Positions 26,101 to 38,074 of a stretch of DNA of 64,000 nt are shown here, one piece after another. A program made the translations under genes and the position numbers. Position 1 is the first letter of the stretch; the number at the start of each line of letters is the position of its first letter. Origin of the DNA: Amoebophrya sp. A120 (lineage: Eukaryota > Protista > Dinoflagellata); assembly GCA_905178155.1 (NCBI GenBank), contig CAJINV010000002.1, forward strand, positions 6,056,476 to 6,120,475. Reading direction: 5' to 3'. The notes beneath the pieces are model-generated. The model made no database searches. It was not told the DNA's origin and saw only the letters and a list, made by a program, of their open reading frames with translations.

Positions 26101-29100
26101 TCAGCAACACGTGGTCCGTAGTGGAATCTTCATCATCTTGTTCTTCCGGTCGAACATAGTTGTTGTAAGCTGGTTGCTCCTGCTCCTCTTCATCATCGTA
26201 CTCATCTGGCTCGCGCGTGAACACGTTCCGCAGGCGCCTCGCCTCCATTCGGGAGATGTTTCGGGCAACGTCCCGGGCAATCTTTTTCACGCGGGCCAGC
26301 TCGGTGGCCGGCAGTCCGGTCATGTCGATCAGTTCCGCTGTAGTATACGCTTCCATCTTCGTGGCCAGGTCGTCCCCAATGTTCCGCACATACGTCAGAT
26401 TTGACATTCGCAGTTGCGCCGCGATGAAGTATCAAATGTAAAAATGTCTGGGTCTGGAAGAATACAAACTTGTGATGCGCATTTCAAGACACAGAAAAAT
26501 CTCTCATGCATAGTTAGCAAAAGCTGCCCAGTTTCTGCCACCATAATGGGGGATTTGTCATGCGGATTCGGCATTGCGAAAGTTTCTCGAAGCCTGTGAT
26601 GCTAGAGCTCCCATGCCAGACCTTCTGTGTCATGCAAAAACAGCATGACTCTTCCAGATTCAGACATTTTTGCATTTCATATGAAGTTCTTCCGGGCGAT
26701 TTCCTGTGCGGTCACGTTGTATTCCGGGTACTGAATGGTTCCATTGACTTTCTTATCCTGTGCAAAAGTATCGCACTCGTACTAATTGCAGATATGCATG
26801 ACAAATCCAACTTTCTACCTGAAATAGCATGACAAATTGCATTTTTGTTCTTGGGAAAATTTGTAATGCAGTTTATACTTGTACGATAGTTTTGCAATGC
26901 ATATTTCTTTAAGCCCCGGGATGAAAGCGATTGCGATAACTCAATGTCGTCAGCGACGATAAGTTCATCTTCGCGAGTAGTTTCGTTGTGGAACAAATTA
27001 GTTGTCGCCACATTCATTTTCTGCGACACGGCGATATCAAGTTGATGACCCGTCTCGTTGTTGTTCAAAGCAGGACTAGAAGTTGCACTCACGTGCTTTT
27101 TCTGCTGGGACCACATATTCAGCAGGGAAGGTCTTGCGCTTTCGACCGCCTCTCGCACCGCAGCCTTTCTGTTTCGCGAAGTGTTATTGGCAATGTTTGA
27201 CAGCGCCAAAATCCATTCTGTGGTGCTAAGAGGCTGGGCGTCTTTCGGAGTTCCATCGGCTTCCGAGTATCGCCCCCAGCGATCCTCTATGGATTGCAAA
27301 AATGTCTGGGTCTGGAAGATTGCGAGATTTGTCATGCTTGCCTGGCATGACAAAAAAGTTTGCGATGCGTGTTCGAGAAGAGACCCTCTTGCCTGTCATG
27401 CAAAAACGCAGTTTCTCATGCGAACACAGCAACACAAAATAGCGCAGATATTTGTATTTCTTATGCTTGGCTGTGCATTACAGAGCAGTCACTATTCCCA
27501 ACATAGCATTACAAGTTTCCAGACCCAGACACTTTTACATTTCATATCCTCATCCTGCTCGTCCTCATCGAGCTTACCGGAAAGGTCCAGCAGAGAGGAG
27601 TATGCTCGCACCAGACTGCTGTCCAGTCCTTTCATTAAATTTTCCTCTTCCCCCGGCATGCTTCTCGGCAGAAACAAAAACTGCTCGGGCATGTGCCTGC
27701 GCATCTCCTCACTGCTTTCCCAGAAGTCAAAGGGCAGCCCCAGAACGGTCGAAGCTTCCTGGCGCCACAGCATGTACTGGGTGTGATTCACGTGCACGCC
27801 CTTGATGGTGAAAGGCGGGGTGCGAATCCAGGTGCTTGACCTTTTATTTCTCACCGTGGTCGAGGGAGTTGTTCGGGGGCCAGATGAATTTGTGATCTTG
27901 TTCCTTGCGGCTGACGACGTAATTTCATTTACAGGAGCTGCGGTTCGTCCGCTTGAAGCTGGAACCACGAGGGGTCCTCGGGACATCACGGTCGGACCGT
28001 CAGCAGCTCCATCCGCTACTTCATCCACGGGTACTGGCAGTTGCGGCTGCAGCTCAGCATTACCCTCCTGGTCCTTCGTTTGGTTCATCTTTGGTACTAG
28101 TGCGTCGTGCGCGCCAGGACGAACATCATGATCTTCAGCACTGTGGCCACCGGATGAAAACTGTTGAGCATTTTCCTGAGGTGTCGTCGTGGCCGCGCCC
28201 GGAGACATAGCAGCGCGAATGTGTGCCCTGAGTTCCTCGGTATACGAGGTATCGTTCAATGAAGGAGCAGGAAGTGACGTTCGCAAGAATGCGCCCCCTT
28301 CGACTACATTCGGTTGAGATAAATGCTCGTCGCTGTTGTTCTCCGGTACAGCTACTGCCGGCGCTGGCAACAGTCGCGGATCATGTTGATCCTTTACAAC
28401 TTCCCCGCTCTTGTCAAAAATCTTCGTGTTCCGCAGAATTTCGCCCCCACCGTCGCTCGTCCCGGAGGTTCTTTTCGTCCTAGTTGTAGTCCCCGATGTA
28501 GTTGAAAGTGATTTGTTCTTCACCGGATAAATGGGCACAATTTTCACACCGTACAAGTTCCGCCCATATTTCTTCACGGCGAGCGGCGTGTGGTAGTAGA
28601 TCAGCACCTGGGACAGCAAGAATTGGTGCTTCCGCTGCAATTCCTTCTCTTGCAGCTCGCGCGTGACCAACTTCGTGTTGTTCAGAAGATTGAGCGCGAT
28701 GCGTTTCTCGATTTGCCTTTTGTTCTTATCAAATGCAAAAGTGTCTGGGTCTGGAAGTAAGAGTCATGCTGTTTTTGCATGACACAGAAGGTCTGGGATG
28801 GAAGCTCTAGCATCACAGGTTTCGAGAAGCGTTCGTAATGCCGAATCCGCATGACAAATCCCTGACTTTGGTGACAGAAAGTGGGCAACTTTTGCTGCCT
28901 ATGCATGGGAGATTTTTCTGTGTTCTGAAATGCGCATCACAAGTTTGTATTCTTCCAGACCCAGACATTTTTGCACTTGATAGTTCTGCTTTTTCTGCAA
29001 GTCGAGCTCGAAGTAAATCATGTTTTTCCCTTGCTGCTTTTCCAGTGCGGAGGCTTTTTTGTGTCTCTGGTTCTTCACGGTCAGTTTCGGGAAATCCTTG

Positions 29101-32100
29101 ACCTGAAAGTCGTTAAGCGGCACCAAAACGTACTTGTCGAGCGTTTTTCCCTTGTGCTCAATCATCGTGCGAATCACCTGCGTATCCTCATGCGTTTCGT
29201 GGAAGGCGGGAAAGAGAATCTCCACGTCCAGGGTGGTGTTGCGGAGGAACTCCGCGTTCGGTTTCAATAATTTGTTTTTGTTTCTACTAGTAGAAGTACC
29301 CGCATGTTGACGCTTTTTGTTGTTGCCGCTCAACACCTGGTCGCTCTTGTGCCTGCCAGAGCTCGTCGGTGAAGCTGAAGCACCATCCAGATGGTCCATC
29401 CCAGGAAGCGTGGACGTGCCGTTACTCCACGTTTGGTTTCTGTACGCCTATCCAGGAAGAAACACCCATCAACATCCGATTTGTCATGCGAAACACGTAT
29501 CAACTCATGTGTTTGTCATGCAAAAAATGGATGTGGATGGGTTTTTTTCTGCGGATAACTCCACAAACACACCGATGACCGACTCAATCACCGTGCCTTG
29601 CAGGAGAACAACTTCCCTATTCAGCCGGTCCACGATCTCCAGGTCAAGTGCGGGCGTCGTTTTGTTCGTGTAGGGGACCGGAAACGCGGCCTCCATTTCC
29701 CGGGTGGAAGGGTCATTTTTGTATATTATGACCTGCTTAACAAGCGACGTTACAATCTCAAAACGTTACGAATAGAGTTTGAAAATCTGTGATGCAAGAA
29801 GTGCACGATCTAGTCAAGGCACACAGGACTGCGCATGAGAAGCTCCGAAGTTGTCCCGCACCGCTCTGCAATCTGCCGAAATTTGTGTTGAAGAAAGTGG
29901 AATGGTCTGCGAGTCTGTCATGCTCATTATGCAAGACAAATCCCAGATTCTATTGCAACGTGTGAGATTGTAACGTTTGAGCAGGTCATATATACGTCTC
30001 GTTCCTTCTTCTGTTCCTGCTTGGACCGAAACTTCCGCAGCTTGCCCCCAATGTTTGCAGATGGAGTTGTTGTCCCGCCCGGCGATGATTTTTTTGACTG
30101 GTGTCGCTGCTCCCTTTTTTGCTGAATAAGTTCGTGACGACCTTGCTCTCCTTCTTCACTAGTGCCACCAGTCGTAGAAGTAGAAACAGCACTTCTACCA
30201 GAAGATGCATCCGCTTGACCCGCTTGTTCCTGTGCTGTTGCACGTAATAGAGTTGCGCGACCAACACCTGGTGCTCCAGCACCTCCAGCGAAAACATTTT
30301 TTCCTACTTGGTTCAGGTTCGAGAAAAAGTTGAAATTGCCGTTCGTAACGTACTATCAAATGTAAAAATGTCTGGGTCTGGAAACTTGTGATGCTGGGTG
30401 GCGTCTCATGATGAGGCCACACATCCACATGCTGGCTCAGCATGACAAGTTTCTGAGCTTCTAGGTGTTGCCTATTCTGCATGACAAACTGCGTTTCTGC
30501 ATCACAGAAAAGTGGAGCCCTTGGGTAACGTGCATGACAGATTTAAGAGTCATGCCAGACAAGCATGACAAACATGAATTCTTCCAGACCCAGACACTTT
30601 TACAGTTGATACGTACAGCAGCTTCCGCATCACGGGCACGCGGTCCAGTTTCGGACGGTAGCCCAGCTGGATGTGCGCGTTGAGGTGGGAGACTTGCTTC
30701 TTGTCGAACGACGTCTGCCGGAGGTCGCCGTTAAGGTAAAATTCGATACCGTTTTGGGCCATAACTGCTTCTGCTGAATGAGGTGTTTGCTGTTCTTCTG
30801 GTGAAGTAGATGCACCAGTATTTTTCTTTCCCACCTCCGCGCCGGGTGGACCTCCACTTTTGGTCGCTTTATTTCCACCTGGTTCTTGTGGTTGTTGAAC
30901 TGGTAGTACAACTTCATGCTCCTTCACATCGGAGAGGTGGTTCTTTGCTGACGTGGGGGTAGGACTCGTGGTAATGGTCGGACTTGTTCTTGTTTCTGGC
31001 GAGTTACTATGTTCGCCAGCCCCGCGAGCGGAAGTCGTTACTGTAGTGACGTTTTGGTCTTTGTCCTGCAGATGATCATGCTCCTTTTTGTTTTCCGCCG
31101 TGTCCTCCTGAGGCTTGGGAGCAGCTGCTGGCATCACTTCATTTTCTACCAGAGTGATGTTGGGTTGTTGCGTGCTATCGGAAAAATCACCAAAGCTTTC
31201 CTCTTGTTGAACAGCTTGAGGAGCTAATCCGACCTCGGAATCAGTCGCAGCGGACGCTGGAGTAGATGAAGTAGAAGTACTCGTCGACGTGGCACTACCT
31301 CCAACATTCTCCTGCATAATCCTGCCTTCCTTCCCCGCTGGATCCTTGCCACTCGACGCCATAGAAGTACTGGCACCAAGCGGCAGAATCGAGGTGGTTG
31401 TGGTTGTTGTCTTGAAGTTAGAGTGGAGAGGCGGCTCGGAATCTATGTCAGCTCCGGCGTCAAGGGAAGGACGAGCCTCTACTTTGTGGTCGTCTCCTGT
31501 TCTTCCCCGTCTCTCGGCTTGTTTGTCTGGCTGAATATTATTTCCCCCGGGTGCAACCTGTGCACGGCCACCCGTGCGAGCGTCTGTCTCTAGTACCTCA
31601 TCAGGATCGACACGTTTTATTTCTTTTTCAGGACTAGGATGATCGGTTGTCAGATTATAGCTGATAAACAGCTGCCGGGAAAATTTCTTCTCCGGTAAAA
31701 ACAAGTCTTGATTGACTTCTCTGTCAAACGACAAACCGCGACGGCGAGGACCATTTCGAAGGCGTTTAATAGCTCCTCCAGCTGTAAGAACCTCTCTACT
31801 AGTACTACCTCCGGCCGAAGTTCTAGTCTTGGTGATCATCGACGTCCTGTGATTTTTGCTTACGTCACCACCGTGGTCCTCGTCGTGGCTCGCCCCTCCT
31901 CTGTTTTGATATTCATCAAGCGCCGCCGATGGAAGATGAAGAAGAGGCTCTACGAGTACTTCCTGGTGGTCCGCTAGACTTTGATGATCTTCTTCGTGAG
32001 AATTTTCAACTACATCCGGCACGAGTTCCCGCGCCTCGAGTATTCTCATATTTCGGCTCAAGGTTTCGAAGCAGGCGTTTTCCCGGGTTATTTTCTGGTA

Positions 32101-33513
32101 GTACTTCTGCTCTTCGGGCGTCATCTCGGTGATCTTTGACTTCAAGTGCCGTGCCCACGTCACCTGCAGCGTGTCGTTCAGCCGGTACTCAAAGGTGCGC
32201 CAACTCCACTGAAAATTGTATTCCAGCAAAATTCCGTTCTGCATCACTTGCGACCCAACGATCTTGTTCGCATACGGGAACTGCACTTTTGGGAACAGCA
32301 GCTGCGTCTTGTCCACCCAGGCCCCGCCGGAGTCCGCGAGCTGCTCGGAAAACGCGTTGAAGAACAAATCGTCCACGTAGTCTTGCGGTTCGTCACTCTC
32401 CCAGGTGAAAGAACCATCCTCCGCGACGGTGCTTTTCAAGTCCAAGGGTGGGAAGGCGTTTCGGGAGTGCGACGGGTGGTCCGGGGGGTAGCTCCGCGTG
32501 ATGTTAAACACGCTCCCTTTCTTGTCCGTCACCATGTATCGCCGCGACTCGAGGAGGGGAAATGTGCGTCGTGCTGTGTTTATTTTCGTGTTCTTGTGCC
32601 GCATAGTATCTGCTGCTTCGCCAACATCGAGATGATCCTCTTGCGTGTCGAATGACTCAAACTCATAATCCTCGCCGTGGTCCGTGTGGCTCCTGCTATG
32701 ATCCAACATCTGCAAGTTGCGACGTCCTGTCTTGGATGCTGACTTCATGGGGCTCATGGTTGGAACCAGTCCCGGCCGGCCAAACAGAAATTTTCGGTCC
32801 TCGTTGTACACGCTGAAAAACCCCAAGTCGTCGAAGTCCGGGCCGGAATGCAGCCACCCAAAGGTGGACAGAGACAGAATGACGGACACAACCGCCAGGC
32901 CAATGAAAAATTGCATAATCTTCCGGTACCTCTTGCAAAACTCGTTCAGAAGCAGCCGTTTCTGGGCTGCCGGATTTTTATAGTGCTGCCCGCCAAGAGT
33001 AGAGCCGTGGCTCGAATTATTATGATCACACGAAAAGGTGTAAATCCACCCGAAGAAAAAGTTCCAATAGCCTCGCCAAACCCGCATTCGGCGCTCCCGC
33101 TCTTGCTGCTTCTGTCCTGCGAGAATGAGTTTTAGCGTCTGCGCGGACTTCAACGACCGAGCTTGCTGCGAAGTTGTGTGGTTCTGCTGATCGTCTTGGT
33201 GCTCGGATTCGAACGGTCCTCCAGTCGTAGTTCCAGATGAATTTGTGTGGCTGCCCCTCGAAGAGCCCGGGGCCCATCCCGATCCATTATCTTGATTACT
33301 GGAGCTGCCCGACGAGGTGTGGTGCGGGTTCTGTGCCTGTGGCGCTGCGTTCTTGGATGATGTCGAAACCCCCTTAGACGTCGAGGAGCCCCCTCCATGT
33401 CCGCCAGCTCTGCCTGCGGACGAAGCGCCTGGTGGCGCCTTGCTTTTTTTCTTGGCCGGTTTTGCAGCCTTGGACGCAGAGCGACCAGGGAGAATCCACG
33501 AAAACGCAAACAT
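23124..33513 (-). CDS. Very large hypothetical membrane protein (~2780 aa, 10 exons)
   Basis: Removing nine introners (+5 nt each, 2035 nt total) from ATG 33513 to TAA 23124 leaves 8355 nt, a multiple of 3, and each junction joins in frame. TM-like segments FFIGLAVVSVILSLSTFGW and LVFCAALLFLAFAYFY. Confidence 0.8.
23245..23506. mobile_element. Introner family E, DR ccccc
   Basis: tatcaagtgtaaaagtgtttgggtctggaag / cttccagacccagacatttttacatttgata. Excision gives ARMGDLKNL. Confidence 0.93.
24152..24331. mobile_element. Introner family B (older copy), DR actgt/cttgt
   Basis: tatgctgtgcaaaa / ttttgcaactcata. Removing 185 nt links the two ORF frames (GYDKKPAKK). Confidence 0.75.
26430..26681. 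mobile_element. Introner family E, DR tgaag
   Basis: 31-bp TIR. Excision gives ARKNFIAAQL. Confidence 0.93.
26754..26903. mobile_element. Introner family B (150 bp), DR tttct, orientation opposite to the 19318 and 36483 copies
   Basis: Left end tatcctgtgcaaaagtatcgcactcgta. Excision gives GLKKVNGT. Confidence 0.9.
27288..27546. mobile_element. Introner family E, DR tcctc
   Basis: aaaaatgtctgggtctggaa TIR core. Excision gives EQDEDRWGR. Confidence 0.92.
28727..28982. mobile_element. Introner family E, DR gttct; inverted near-copy of 26430-26681
   Basis: Its reverse complement aligns along the full length of 26430-26681. Excision gives KKQNKRQIE. Confidence 0.93.
29449..29557. mobile_element. 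Introner family F (109 bp), DR acgcc/actcc
   Basis: tatccaggaagaaacacccatc / gatgggtttttttctgcggata. Excision gives VFVEYRNQ. Confidence 0.85.
29727..29990. mobile_element. Introner, D-like, DR tatat/tatac
   Basis: tatgacctgctt..cgttacaatctca / tgagattgtaacg..agcaggtcata. Excision gives ERDVYKND. Confidence 0.88.
30354..30611. mobile_element. Introner family E, DR cgtac
   Basis: tatcaaatgtaaaaatgtctgggtctggaa / ttccagacccagacacttttacagttgata. Excision gives KLLYVTNGNF. Confidence 0.93.
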
Positions 33514-35011
33514 TATACCAGCAACCCAGTTATTTTTACTAGGCTTCGAGACGAACTTTCGAAGTTGGAAAACCAAGTAGGCAAAACAACTTCTTCTCTC
33601 CCGTATAGGTAGATATTACCGATCCGAAAAGATGCTTGTAAGAGGCGACTTTGAACAGAATCAAAATCTAGTGGTCTATTAACGCCTTACTTGTAACACA
33701 TTCACTTTCACATACCTTCCCAGACGACGCAAAACGCAACGAGCAATGCGGAATGGCTGTGAGTATGATCTGCTCGTCCACTTTTTTGAAGGATAAAAAA
33801 CAACAACCAGCAATGTACAGATCGGTGCATCGGTCTAGATTTCTACACAAACAAACAACAAAACGAAGACAAAAAAAAAGCACAGAGATCATGGGTACGA
33901 GCCAACAAAAATGATCGTTTATTACGACCATTGAGTCAAGAATAGATACAAAGCTGCAAATTGCAAATCAGCACAAAAAATTGATCTAGAGTCGGATCTT
34001 TTGGAGTGGCCAGAGCAGTAGCCTGCGAGAGCAGCCACACTATTCCACTGCATCGAGGAAGAGTGATGTGGGCACTGCGTGCATCGCATATGTTGATCTT
34101 TAAAAAAAAATTTTGCTTCATCTTGTTTCTGCTTCCGTTCTTCCACGACACACGGTCTGCTGACCGCCGTCTGCAACTAGATGCACCTTTGTGATGGCGC
34201 GTCAGTAGAGATACTAGCCTTCACATGACTTCGTGATCACAGCCGTCTTATCCGGGTTTTTCTGCGTTTGCGTTGTCAGTCCCGGTATCAATCTGTCCGG
34301 GTCAAAATTCAAAAAGTGATGATTCAAGATAGAAGCGGCACTGGTGACCTGTATCGTGCCATAGAAGGAGAAGTTTAGAACGGTTGCTACTATGATTCGC
34401 TTCATTCTGAAGTTCTTGCTCTTGGTTGTCGAGCGCGACACGACAAGCAAGATTCTTCTAACTACTTACCTCATCAGGTGTTTTAAAGAAGAACGCGAAC
34501 AAATTACAATATTGGCAAAATCTGCCCGAAAGACTAGGTCGTACGGTGGTGCTGTGCCACTGCGTCCCGTTCCCCACGGCGTGGAAGTGGATGTGCTCGA
34601 GCTAGAAACACCGGTCCCTTATTTTCAATAAGTATGACACTGAGAAGAGAGCATCGTCCACATGTTTAATTACACGAAGTAGATGAGATGGGATACTAGG
34701 CGCCGAGGCATCGTATCATGCTCACAGTAATCAACATTCCGTGATTATTTAGCCTGCAGATGGAAGAAGTAAACGGAATCCGGCCACATACGAGCAGCTG
34801 CAGTACGCATCTAGCAATTAGATGATGACGATGATGATGTTACCCAGTAAAGGGTTGACAAGAGGAACAGTGCAGGTGAGCTCCTACTACTGTCCGAGAA
34901 TCACGTTTAGGTGTCGTGAGAGAAGTAAAAAAATTCTTCAAAAAGTTGTTATATATTTACACAGTAAACTCCTAAGTAGACGAATATCCAAGATACTAAC
35001 TACCCTCGCCC

Positions 35012-36981
35012 TCACTTCCGATACATCGTTGCCTGTCCCAAGGCACTGAGCACCAACTCCGTTCCCAGCCGCACGGTCGGCGACACGTGCTTGCCGATCA
35101 GGACGTCCAGGTCCCCGTGCATTTTCAGTTTCTTGGAGTAGTCCGACAGGGTGTCGATGACCGGATTGATTTCGACCAAGTCCATGGACACGAGGCGCCG
35201 GGTCAGTGCCAGCTCCTCGCAAATGTAGTGGGCCTCCCGATACGTGAGCCCCCCGCGCGCACAGGTCCCGGTGCCGGGCGCGATGCTCGGGTCGCACCCA
35301 TCAATGTCGAAGGACAAATGAATAGGCCGGCGGGCGTTCGGGTCGATGCGCCGCAGCGCTTCCTTGATCACGTTCGCGATGCCCAACTCGTCCACGTCCC
35401 GCATCGTATGCATTGCAAAAGTGATTTTTATCGCGCTCGTAGTAATGGCTGTCATGTTGCACCACAAATTTGTCTCAAGGCAAAGTTCGCCTTCGTCGAA
35501 GTCGCATTTTTAATGCTGAGCTAATTTGTTTTTGGTACCACCAGTATTAATCGGAAGATTATACTTTTGCGATTCATACATCGTGAAGAAGTGCAGATCG
35601 GAATTGCGCATCAACTCCGCCTCCCCGGGGTCGATGTCGCGCAGGCCGATGAAGCAGAAGTTGTGCGCATTGACCACGGGCTTGCAGTTCTCCGGCATCC
35701 AGGTTTCGAACCCTTTTGGGTGGGAGTCGAACCAGCCCATGACGTGCGCCGCTGGCATTCCGTGGTAGTGCCCGGAGGGGGAGGTCTTGGGTGTGTTGCA
35801 GTCCCCGTGCGCGTCCACCCAAATGACACAGAGGTCGGGGTAGATCTGCTGCATAGCGGTAATTGTGGATACCGCGACAGCGTGATCGCCTCCGACCGTA
35901 AGTTGAAAGGGCCGAGGGATTTTCAGCTTGCTGGTAAGTGCTGTTGCATGTGGACCGGGAATATTTGAGATTTGCTGCTCCCCCGCCTGCTGCTGGAACA
36001 GTGACGCCGTTGGCATTGGTGCCGCTCCTACCGTGCCCCCGTTCCCGCTATTCATGTTATCTGCGCTCATCATGCTAGTCGTGGTTTTCCTGTGAATCCG
36101 GAGGATTTCCTGGTACAGGTGCTCGCAAGCCGGCCCGATTAAATCCAGGTTCTTGATGGGTTTTTCTACCCCATTGCTTCCTGCGGGAGACGGATTCCGG
36201 TGACCACAACTCGCTGCGAGGACGGTGGGGTGATTCTGATTCGCTGCGCCGGTGGGTGTCACGCCCGGGTTGGTCGAAATTGGGCTCTGCATCGTGGATT
36301 TTGTCGTGGTCGGTGTGATGTCCTCTGCCTCCGAGGCGGTCCCGCTGGAGGTGTGGGCCGCGTCGAGCAGCCCTTGTTCCAGCAACCAATCGCCAAAGGA
36401 AATTTTCGCTCGGATCCCGGGGGTGTTGCGCCACGTGTCGAAGTTCTCGCGGGTGATCGTGTTTTTCTTCTGAAAGAGTTCGTATGAACCGCAAAAGTGT
36501 AGTATCGCACTCGTATAAATGCATTACCTCAGCATGAGAAATAAAACTTGTAATGCAGATTTGCCTTGGGAACAAGATTTGTAATGCAAGGCCTGCATTT
36601 ATACGAGTACGATACTTTTGCACACGATAGTTCGTCCTCCTCCGCCATTTTCTGCGCGAGTGCGATCGTGTTTTGCTCACTAGCACTTGTGCCTGCCGCA
36701 AGCCCCTTTTCCCGAAACAAGGCGTCGAAGTCCACATCGCCGTAGTCTTTCCACGTGTACCCCAGCTTTTTCACGAGACTGGCGAGGTGGGCCGCCCGCA
36801 CGGCCTGGGGCGCCACCTCGAGGCCGCGGAGGTTCTGCCCGATGCTCATGCCCGCCCCGAGAAAGGCCACGGAATCGATGGGGAAGATCACCTTCTTCGA
36901 GTCCGCCCGGTGTCCCACGGTGGTCTCGTAGCCCGCCGTAGCGGACGGCAGCTGAGACTTGGGCGTGGCGCCGGACGACAT
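35012..36981 (-). CDS. ARG1: Arginase (ureohydrolase family), 3 exons
   Basis: Motifs GGDHAVA, WVDAHGDCNTPKTSPSGHYHGMP and HLSFDIDGCDPSIAPGTGT..RGGLTYRE. Long low-complexity insert before GGDH. Confidence 0.95.
35407..35578. mobile_element. Introner family B, DR catcg
   Basis: tatgcattgcaaaagt / acttttgcgattcata. Excision restores arginase FFTMRDVDELG. Confidence 0.9.
36483..36629. mobile_element. Introner family B (147 bp), DR gttcg
   Basis: Similar along its length to 19318-19467. Excision gives EEDELFQKK. Confidence 0.92.
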
Positions 36982-38074
36982 GACGTAGTTGAAAAAATCT
37001 TATGGTTCTTCCGTGCCTAATTTGTGATTGTGAAGGGTCGTTGTTCCAATTTTCATATGATACTACACGAGCGTGACTACTTGCTGATCTTCAAAAAAAA
37101 GGCCTTTCAACCGCAACATTACGAAGAAGATGAACTTTCTGAGCATTTGGAAATAACATCGGGTAGTACTAGCACTTCGGGGGGGCGGCAGAACTCTATT
37201 GTTGCAACAGCGACTTTAAACAAAATGAGAAAACGAGGCCACAGTGGAAGCAAGATGATAGTGAGTTACAACCACAAAAGCAAAACAGAATGAAGTAAGG
37301 GGATGTGGTAATCATGGTGCTCTGAAGGCAAAGAAACACGTAGACGACAAGAACTCTACTACGTAAATAAGAATCGCTCGATCTTCTGGTGCTGACACGC
37401 AAATGTTGATTTCCGAATCTCCCAAGGCTACGATCCTGCGAGTCCCACAGTTGGTTGCGATCAACTTCCGGAAAGGTTCAAGTCAATGAAAAAACAGGAC
37501 AGAGTCTTGATGTGTAGTGCTGTAGTCAGCATGTGAAGTTTTAATTTTTTGCTCCACGTCCACCCTCGCCGGAAGAATAAACAAGGATCCAGGACTAGCA
37601 AGCAAAACCGATTTGACTATTAGCAGGAGCTATCGAACACGCTATTTGAAGGAGTACGAGCATAGATGAACGCCTATTTTTTGTTTATCGTGCAACAAGT
37701 GTTGATTTTACATTTATTCATTCAATCCTACATTGTTCGAGGAGGGACGAGAGAACAAAAACTACGTGTACGTACATGCAGAGCCATTTTTCCTATATGT
37801 TATCAGAAGTTGCCACGTCGGGAGCCAGGCCGTAGTTGCAACATTTTTCTACATAGCGCCTCAACAATGAGTCGCCAGGACAAAGTAAGTAGTAAGTTCC
37901 GCCTACGTCATCATCAAATCAAAGGCAGACCTGTTGTAAATGAGAAGCCTTAGCAGGCTCGGTCCAAATGCAGATAATAACAGTGCGCGAGCAGTACGGC
38001 TGCGGTCTGTATTTGTTTTAAAGATAGTAGCAAGGGTCTACCCTCTATTTTCTCATTTTGAACAAATACGTGCT

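Noticed and set aside
23245-30611. Recurring ~30-bp repeat gtctgggtctggaag as a CRISPR-like array
   Set aside because: The copies are inverted pairs about 250 bp apart with target duplications, so they are TIRs. There is no regular spacer array and no cas gene.
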